From assembly GCA_002779075.1 (NCBI GenBank), contig PEXK01000024.1:1-21100 (forward strand): a stretch of DNA of 21,100 nucleotides. Reading direction: 5' to 3'. This DNA comes from Candidatus Diapherotrites archaeon CG08_land_8_20_14_0_20_30_16 (GTDB taxonomy: Archaea > Iainarchaeota > Iainarchaeia > Iainarchaeales > 0-14-0-20-30-16). Shown here one piece after another: positions 8,265 to 13,552 of this stretch. The stretch's first letter is position 1; each line of letters opens with the position of its first letter. The translations under genes were made by a program, and so were the position numbers. Below the pieces are notes generated by a model. That model did not search any database, was not told the DNA's origin, and worked only from the letters and a program-made list of their open reading frames with translations.

Positions 8265-8439
8265 TCCCGACTCCCGGATTTGAACCGGGGATCTTCCGGT
8301 TTCTGCTTAACATTACACAAAAACCTTTACGCCTCCTCTAAGAGGGTGCTGTTTTTATGCTCCTTACCTAAGAAGGTAATGTTATAATGAAGCACATTAC
8401 ATCTACAGCCGGACGCGTTAGCCGCTACGCTAAGTCGGG
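8265..8439 (-). tRNA. tRNA-Tyr (anticodon GTA) with a 102-nt intron at position 37/38
   Basis: Hand fold of the minus strand gives:
- acceptor CCCGACT / AGTCGGG with C1-G72 and A73
- D arm GCGT-AGCGGCTA-ACGC
- anticodon stem TCCGG/CCGGA with loop CTGTAG|A
- variable AGATC
- T arm CCCGG-TTCAAAT-CCGGG
The mature length is 73 nt. No encoded CCA. Confidence 0.85.
8301..8402 (-). other. tRNA-Tyr intron (about 102 nt, boundaries +/-1 nt)
   Basis: This sequence interrupts the anticodon loop after G37. It contains the internal hairpin GTAATGT...ACATTAC and shorter stems CCTT...AAGG and CCTC-tta-GAGG. TGTAATGT occurs near both ends. Confidence 0.75.
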
Positions 8440-8440
8440 C

Positions 8441-8530
8441 TAGGCTTTTTCAAAAAAAGCCTAAGTTCGCCAAAAACAGATGTATTGTTTACACAATACA
8501 TTTTGCTTCGCAAACTAAAAAGTTTAGGAT
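8441..8530 (-). ncRNA. Structured 5' leader of tRNA-Tyr
   Basis: Read on the minus strand, the order is:
- TATA-like CCTTTATAAAGG (8551-8562)
- GCGAAGC (8511-8505)
- 9-bp hairpin ATGTATTGT-GTAA-ACAATACAT (8501-8480)
- GCGAA (8470-8466)
- 10-bp hairpin TAGGCTTTTT-ttg-AAAAAGCCTA (8463-8441), ending 1 nt before tRNA position 1. Confidence 0.4.
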
Positions 8531-8566
8531 TTAAAATTTAAGGGGCAAATCCTTTATAAAGGTTTG

Positions 8567-8974
8567 TTACTCTTTCTGTTCTAAATAGGTTAAAATTATT
8601 TTGAAGCCTGAAAGAGCCTTACCAGACATCAATATACCATCAAAGTTCTTGTCTTTGTGTTTATATATTATCCTTACTCTACCAAAAATAAAATCTTTTA
8701 TGAAATCGTATTTCAATTCTCCAAGACCTTTAACTATCTCATGAGGTTCAAAGTACTTTACATTCTTCAAAGTACTGTTCTCAAAGTAATTTACACTAAA
8801 ATTTAATACTTTCCCTTCAAAAGTAACAACATTTGCGTGATGAATATTATTTTCTCTCATAGCCTGTTTTATACAGTCTAAGACATCATCATTTTCATCG
8901 AGAGTAAGCTCTAGTTCCTTTTGCTTTATTTTAGTAGGATCATACATTTCTGAATTTACATTATTTGTAGGCAC
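8567..8974 (-). CDS. PPC/DUF296-like domain protein (tentative)
   Basis: ATG 8974 is preceded by GAGGTGA. The 135-aa beta-rich pattern (ELTLDENDDVLDCIKQAMRENNIHHANVVTFEGKV...FEPHEIVKGLGEL...GRVRIIYKHKDKNFDGILMSGKALSGFKIILTYLE) resembles the PPC fold family. The assignment is by eye only. Confidence 0.5.
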   Translation of the reverse strand: MPTNNVNSEMYDPTKIKQKELELTLDENDDVLDCIKQAMRENNIHHANVVTFEGKVLNFSVNYFENSTLKNVKYFEPHEIVKGLGELKYDFIKDFIFGRVRIIYKHKDKNFDGILMSGKALSGFKIILTYLEQKE

Positions 8975-9121
8975 ATTTTCACCTCTCGCCCTTCTTATTT
9001 ATATATTATATAACTAATAAGAGTAAATAAAAATCTATGTTTTGATAGAGAAAGCTTTATAACTCTTTTTCAACAATATTAATCTATTCTTATTATATAA
9101 TAATAATCTATTGTATGCTCG

Positions 9122-9211
9122 TTTTTCTTTCTTGGGACAGACGGTGTTACAAAGGCGAATGTTTGTAACATACTTGTACAAGATTCTTTCAAGAATCTTT
9201 TACACGGTGTA
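9122..9211 (+). repeat. Leader element A, copy 1 (structured, upstream of tRNA-Ile)
   Basis: A 90-nt segment repeated at 9574-9663. It contains hairpin GTTACAAA-ggcgaatg-TTTGTAAC and hairpin AAGATTCTT-tc-AAGAATCTT. The TATA-like TTATATAA at 9094-9101 would place a transcription start near its 5' end. Confidence 0.7.
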
Positions 9212-9247
9212 CTTTCCTTTCTTTTTCTAAAAGAAAGAAAGGCCTCG

Positions 9248-9322
9248 GGGGATGTAGCTTAGCCTGGTTGGAGCACCCGACTGATAATCGGGAGGCCGCC
9301 GGTTCGAATCCGGCCTTCCCCA
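9248..9322 (+). tRNA. tRNA-Ile (anticodon GAT)
   Basis: Hand fold gives:
- acceptor GGGGATG / CTTCCCC, with one U6-U67 mismatch, and A73
- D arm GCTT-AGCCTGGTTG-GAGC
- anticodon arm CCCGA-CTGATAA-TCGGG
- variable AGGCC
- T arm GCCGG-TTCGAAT-CCGGC
It is preceded by hairpin CCTTTCTTT-ttctaa-AAGAAAGAAAGG. Confidence 0.9.
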
Positions 9323-9469
9323 CTTTTTGTGGATTTGATAGTATGCTTGAGCTATGCGAAACATGTGTCAAAATGGCATTTGAGCTTTTGACACTTTGTA
9401 TAAGATTTGAAACCTTATGTTTCTAATCTTTTACACTACAAGTCGTTGACTCACTTAAGGGTCATGAGG

Positions 9470-9484
9470 ATCCGGCCTTCCACA
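9470..9484 (+). repeat. Relic copy of the tRNA-Ile 3' end (T-loop/T-stem/acceptor strand)
   Basis: ATCCGGCCTTCCACA matches ATCCGGCCTTCCCCAC at 9308-9323, with 12 nt identical followed by an indel or mismatch. No matching 5' tRNA half could be folded upstream of it. Confidence 0.6.
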
Positions 9485-9514
9485 TTCTATTTTCTTTTTC
9501 AAAGAAAACAGTTT

Positions 9515-9570
9515 CCCCTACGATAAGTTTGTGGATATCAATTTGCAAGCAAATTGAACTTGCAAAGCAA
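9515..9570 (+). repeat. Downstream element B, copy 1 (tRNA-Ile locus)
   Basis: CCCCTACGATAAGTTTGTGGATATCAATTTGCAAGCAAATTG...TTGCAAAGCAA aligns with 17701-17751. The shared core is ACGATAAGYTTGTRGATA plus the palindrome ATTTGC..GCAAAT. A T-rich tract follows. Confidence 0.55.
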
Positions 9571-9573
9571 GTA

Positions 9574-9663
9574 TTTTTCTTTCTTTCCACAGACGGTGTT
9601 GCAAAGGCGAATGTTTGCAACATACTTGTAAAAGATTCTTGAAAGAATCTTCTACACGGTATA
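9574..9663 (+). repeat. Leader element A, copy 2 (no tRNA follows; lies just upstream of the 9697 gene promoter)
   Basis: It matches 9122-9211 except for about 9 positions. Two of these are the paired change GTTACAAA/TTTGTAAC to GTTGCAAA/TTTGCAAC, and two lie in the loop of the second hairpin. Confidence 0.7.
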
Positions 9664-9696
9664 TCTGATTTTTAAATTCTAACACATTACTTATTT

Positions 9697-10242
9697 ATGC
9701 AAAAAGAATATCCTGTTGTAAGTAGTGTTGCAGGATTGTGTGTTCCTGCTTGTTTAAGGTCTATTTTATTGACTAAAAAAATGGATTTCAGTATTGAAAA
9801 AATTGCAAAAGATTTGGGCATAGAAATTCCTAAAAAATATACTGAAAAATATCCTGATCTTAAAATAAATAAACAAAATATTTTCAAACAACCAATAAAC
9901 GAAGAAAAATACAGCATAAATAATTTTTTTAAGAAGAACGGAATTCCTTTTAAAATGAAACTGGTTTATACCAAAGATACTACAAAATTAAAAGAAATAT
10001 TAAAAAAACATTTTCACAAAGCAGATATTGCTGTATGCTATGATTTTCCTACCTCAACAAACAAACCAGGAAAATTGGGGCACATTGCAATAATATTTAA
10101 ATTAGATAAAAATACTTTAGAATTATCGCACCCATCAAATATTAATAAAAATATTGTTAGTTATGTTAAATTGACAAAAGCTATTCAAACACATTCTAAA
10201 AAGAAAATGGCTGGCATTTGGATTTTCAAAAAAGATAAATAG
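9697..10242 (+). CDS. Hypothetical protein with papain-fold-like Cys...His pattern (C39-like peptidase, tentative)
   Basis: A 181-aa ORF. It has an N-terminal Q-x(12)-C context (QKEYPVVSSVAGLCVPACLRSIL) and a later GHIAIIFKLD, resembling the Q/C/H order of C39-type papain-fold peptidases. TTTTTAAATT lies ~25 nt upstream of the ATG and there is no SD, suggesting a leaderless mRNA. Confidence 0.4.
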   Translation: MQKEYPVVSSVAGLCVPACLRSILLTKKMDFSIEKIAKDLGIEIPKKYTEKYPDLKINKQNIFKQPINEEKYSINNFFKKNGIPFKMKLVYTKDTTKLKEILKKHFHKADIAVCYDFPTSTNKPGKLGHIAIIFKLDKNTLELSHPSNINKNIVSYVKLTKAIQTHSKKKMAGIWIFKKDK

Positions 10243-10272
10243 CGTTAAAATTAGTAAATAAATAATAAAAAG

Positions 10273-10300
10273 AAAAAAAAGCTAATTGCTTAGCTTTTTA
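10273..10300. terminator. Bidirectional hairpin terminator between convergent genes
   Basis: AAAAAGCTAA-ttgc-TTAGCTTTTT (10276-10299) is flanked by an A-run and a T-run. Confidence 0.5.
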
Positions 10301-10322
10301 TGCCTGAAAAAAGTAGAAAGTT

Positions 10323-10514
10323 TTACATTTCTTTTACTTTTGTTGCTTTTGGGCCTTTCTCATCAGATTCTATTTCGAAACTAACTTTAGTTCCTTCTTT
10401 CAAAATAGTTCTTGGTTCAACACCAGTCTGGTGAACAAAATAATCTTTGCCATCTTCTCCAGCAATAAAACCAAATCTTTTTTTAAAATTGTAGAATTTT
10501 ACAGTTCCTTCCAT
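10323..10514 (-). CDS. Cold-shock domain protein (CspA family)
   Basis: The 63-aa product GTVKFYNFKKRFGFIAGEDGKDYFVHQTGV...GTKVSFEIESDEKGPKATKV carries RNP1-like KRFGFI and RNP2-like YFVHQ. GGAGTGA lies upstream of the ATG. Confidence 0.9.
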   Translation of the reverse strand: MEGTVKFYNFKKRFGFIAGEDGKDYFVHQTGVEPRTILKEGTKVSFEIESDEKGPKATKVKEM

Positions 10515-10662
10515 GTTTTTTCACTCCGTTTTTGTTTTAATAGCCTAATTTAAGGCTATATCTAATACATTCAGAAAGATATATAAATCCTGACTCTGGT
10601 TATGTAGCTCATACACACAAATTACTTTATAAACTAAAGGGTATTATTATTTTTGTGATTTT

Positions 10663-11175
10663 ATGGAAAGATTTATGAATTATATTTTTATGGTTTTGAT
10701 TGCTGGTTTTTTTACTGCAATTGTATTTTATGCAGCACATGTATTTTTTCCTGTAGATAATAATAATTGCTGGGACAAATACAGCACCCCAAGTATAACA
10801 CCAAAAGATAATAATTATGATGACCCAGCATATGTTGCTAAGCAAAACGAAATACAAAAAAAAGTTAATACCTGCAATGAGGCATATGATATAACTAGAA
10901 AGTCACAAGAAAGATATAAATTAATTTTAATTGGGGCAGTTAACATACTTGTATTGTTAGCATTAATCTTTTTGGGATTGAACTTTGTTAGCTTTGGTGT
11001 TTTTGTTGGTGTTTTATTAAGTTCAATAATTGCTGCTTTGGCGTATTATGATTCATCATCAATAATTGCATTAATAATTGTCATTGTATTATTTGTTGAA
11101 GCAATAATATTACTAACAAAATCAATTAATGGAAAACAAAAAGTTGAAAAATTAAATAAGAAAAAGAGAAGGTAA
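10663..11175 (+). CDS. Hypothetical integral membrane protein
   Basis: A 170-aa ORF with an N-terminal TM (IFMVLIAGFFTAIVFYAAHVFF) and three C-terminal hydrophobic segments. No recognisable family. Confidence 0.55.
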   Translation: MERFMNYIFMVLIAGFFTAIVFYAAHVFFPVDNNNCWDKYSTPSITPKDNNYDDPAYVAKQNEIQKKVNTCNEAYDITRKSQERYKLILIGAVNILVLLALIFLGLNFVSFGVFVGVLLSSIIAALAYYDSSSIIALIIVIVLFVEAIILLTKSINGKQKVEKLNKKKRR

Positions 11176-11180
11176 AAGAA

Positions 11181-12866
11181 TTAAAAACTTTTTCTTGGGA
11201 ATCTGCCCTGAAATTTAGGATTTCTTCCTTTTTTTATTTGGCCAAATTTCTTTTTTTTTTCTTTAAATTCCCTGTCTGGTCTATCAGATCTTTCTTTTTT
11301 AAAACTATTTGTATATTCTGGTCTTCCTGCTAAATAATCTCTATCACGTCTAAAACTTTTAGGTACAAATTTTGGTTTTCTATCTTCTCTTTTATCGTTT
11401 TGATATGTTCTATTTTCAAAGGATCTTGGTTTGTCTCTATCGAATCTAGTTTTATTTCTATCAAAACTATGTCTCGGTCTATCAAAATGATCCCCACCAA
11501 ATCTTGGTTTGTCACCAAAACTTTTTCTTGATCTATCCCTACCAAATTTAGGTCTATCTCCAAAATCTCTTCTTGGTCTATCTTCAAAACTTCTTTTTGG
11601 TTTATTAGAATCAAATTCTCTTTTAGGTTTTTCTAAATTATCTAAGCCAGGTCTAAAATTATCTTGTTTAAATTTATTATCTCTATTATAATCATTATGT
11701 TCTAATCTATCATTTCTATTGTGGCCAAAATGTCTAGGTTTATTGGCTAAGGCCCAAACATCAGTATTTTTGTTATCTATGCTATGTTGACTTCTAACAG
11801 GCCTTTTGCCTTCTCTTCTTTGGCTTTTGTAAACATCATCATCTGTCATGAAAGTTATTGCATAACCTTTTGCACCCATTCTTCCTGTTCTTCCTATTCT
11901 GTGCTTATGAGTATCTTTATCTCTTGCAACATCATAATTTACAACAAATTCGATATTATCTATTTGTAAACCTCTTGCAGCAACATCTGTTGCTACCAAA
12001 ACACTTACTCTTCCTTGTTTAAAATCTCTAAGTGCTAATTCTCTGAATTTTTGAGATTTATCACCATGAATACTTGCTACTAAAAACCCTGATTTACTTA
12101 ATTTACGTTCTAAATTATCTGCTTCCCTTTTAGTTGAAACAAAAACTAAAACTCTTTTGCCTTGAGCTTTCTTAACAACATCCAATAAATATAAAAATTT
12201 ATCCTGCCTTTTGACTTCTATTTTATTTTCAAATATATCTTTCCCTACAAGCTCAGTATGAATCATTACTTCTTTATAATTTGGAATGTATTTATGAATC
12301 AATTTTGTTATTCCTGTTTCTAAAGTTGCAGAAAATAGTAATGTGTTTTTTGGTCTAAAGAAATCCATTATTTTGTTCAAATCATCAATAAAACCCATAT
12401 CCAATATTCTATCGGCTTCATCTAAAATAACAGTATCGAACATGTCGCGTTTTATAACATTATTTCTTATATGATCTAATAATCTTCCTGGAGTTGCACA
12501 TAAAATATCTACTCCTTTTTTTATTAATTGGACTTCCTGCATAATCCCGTGGCCACCATAAACAACCTGTACTTTCAAACCTGTGTATCTATTTATTTTG
12601 TGTAATTCTTCTCTTACTTGCACAACTAATTCACGTGTTGGCCCAACAATCAAAACACCATTTATTTTGCCTTGCAAAAGTCTTTCTGAAACACCAATTC
12701 CAAATGCTGCAGTTTTTCCTGAACCAGTAAAACTTTTGCAAATAATATTATTTCCTTCAATAACCAAAGGAATAGTTTTTTCTTGCACCTCAGTAGGCAC
12801 ATCATATTTCATTTCTTTTATAGCTTTTTTTATTTTTTCACTAAATTGTATATCTTCAAATTTCAT
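11181..12866 (-). CDS. DEAD-box ATP-dependent RNA helicase with a ~200-aa repetitive Arg/Lys/Asp/Phe-rich C-terminal tail
   Basis: Motifs present:
- Q motif PTEVQ
- motif I TGSGKT
- motif Ia PTRELVVQ
- motif Ib TPGRLLD
- motif II DEAD
- motif III SAT
- motif V ATDVAARGLQI
- motif VI HRIGRTGR
AGGTGG lies upstream of the ATG. The tail repeats (D/N)RP(K/R)x(S)F(G/D/E)D units. Confidence 0.95.
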   Translation of the reverse strand: MKFEDIQFSEKIKKAIKEMKYDVPTEVQEKTIPLVIEGNNIICKSFTGSGKTAAFGIGVSERLLQGKINGVLIVGPTRELVVQVREELHKINRYTGLKVQVVYGGHGIMQEVQLIKKGVDILCATPGRLLDHIRNNVIKRDMFDTVILDEADRILDMGFIDDLNKIMDFFRPKNTLLFSATLETGITKLIHKYIPNYKEVMIHTELVGKDIFENKIEVKRQDKFLYLLDVVKKAQGKRVLVFVSTKREADNLERKLSKSGFLVASIHGDKSQKFRELALRDFKQGRVSVLVATDVAARGLQIDNIEFVVNYDVARDKDTHKHRIGRTGRMGAKGYAITFMTDDDVYKSQRREGKRPVRSQHSIDNKNTDVWALANKPRHFGHNRNDRLEHNDYNRDNKFKQDNFRPGLDNLEKPKREFDSNKPKRSFEDRPRRDFGDRPKFGRDRSRKSFGDKPRFGGDHFDRPRHSFDRNKTRFDRDKPRSFENRTYQNDKREDRKPKFVPKSFRRDRDYLAGRPEYTNSFKKERSDRPDREFKEKKKKFGQIKKGRNPKFQGRFPRKSF

Positions 12867-12912
12867 TTTTCCACCTTAAACAGCATATCTTTATATGTAA
12901 GTATTTATTTTT

Positions 12913-13362
12913 TTAATCTTTTTTACTGGGTTGGTTTTTTAAATTTATTTTCAAAGGGAATTCTTTTTTAAGATTTTCTTTAACTTTTTCTGCAGTTTGT
13001 TTTAATTTTAATGTATTCTCCTCTGCTTTCTTTGTTAGTCTGTTCATAAATTTTATTGCAACAAAAATTGCCAGAGCAATTATTATAAAATCTATAATTG
13101 TGTTGACAAAAGCGCCATACTTTATTATTGGTGCGCCTGCTATTTGTGCTTCTGCTAAAGTAGCATATGTTTTTGTTGACAAATTAATAAATAACTGCGA
13201 AAAGTCAGCACCACCTAAAAGCAAACCAATTGGTGGCATTATAACATCATTTACCAAAGAACTGATAACCTTGCCAAAAGCAGCACCTATTACAATACCT
13301 ATTGCCAAATCAACTGCATTTCCTTTTACAGCAAACTCTTTAAATTCCTTTATAAAACCCAT
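12913..13362 (-). CDS. mscL: Large-conductance mechanosensitive channel MscL
   Basis: The N-terminus [51 protein letters not shown] is the canonical MscL N-terminus/TM1 and periplasmic loop. A second TM and a charged C-terminal helix follow. Confidence 0.95.
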   Translation of the reverse strand: MGFIKEFKEFAVKGNAVDLAIGIVIGAAFGKVISSLVNDVIMPPIGLLLGGADFSQLFINLSTKTYATLAEAQIAGAPIIKYGAFVNTIIDFIIIALAIFVAIKFMNRLTKKAEENTLKLKQTAEKVKENLKKEFPLKINLKNQPSKKD

Positions 13363-13552
13363 AATATACTATAATCATATATAAATATATATATAGCTAA
13401 CATGTTTTTCTATTTGGTTATATCCTCGCAACATATAAAATTTGTGTCATTAAGGCTTTGTATTCCAAAGATCTTATGACACTTTGTAAAATATTTGTGT
13501 CGATAGACATAAAATATTCTACACTGTATGTCTAATGTGATAAGTGATGTAG

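Noticed and set aside
8301-8402. C/D-box or H/ACA guide RNA embedded in the tRNA-Tyr intron
   Set aside because: No RUGAUGA or CUGA boxes are present, and there is no ACA-terminated hairpin with a pocket.
9189-9371. 60-aa ORF on the minus strand
   Set aside because: It overlaps tRNA-Ile and its leader hairpin. The open frame is a by-product of the relatively GC-rich tRNA sequence.
9329-9484. A second, intron-containing or split tRNA, formed by GTGGA (9329-9333) pairing with TCCAC (9479-9483)
   Set aside because: Only 5 acceptor pairs form. I could not fold a credible D arm, anticodon arm or 5' half of the T stem by hand. I therefore interpret it as a relic; a tRNA-finder run would settle it.
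9122-9663. Possible CRISPR array, given the repeated sequence with internal hairpins
   Set aside because: There are only two 90-nt copies, about 360 nt apart. They are far longer than CRISPR repeats, a tRNA lies between them, and no cas genes are in the window.
10515-10580. Hairpin TAGCCTTAAATTAGGCTA in the csp 5' UTR as an RNA thermosensor
   Set aside because: It is a single short AT-rich palindrome, and conservation cannot be assessed from this window. Noted only.
11330-11691. DNA-level short repeats and overlapping ORFs (11330-11614 minus, 11509-11691 plus)
   Set aside because: The repeats are the coding image of the low-complexity helicase tail. The extra ORFs are frame shadows.
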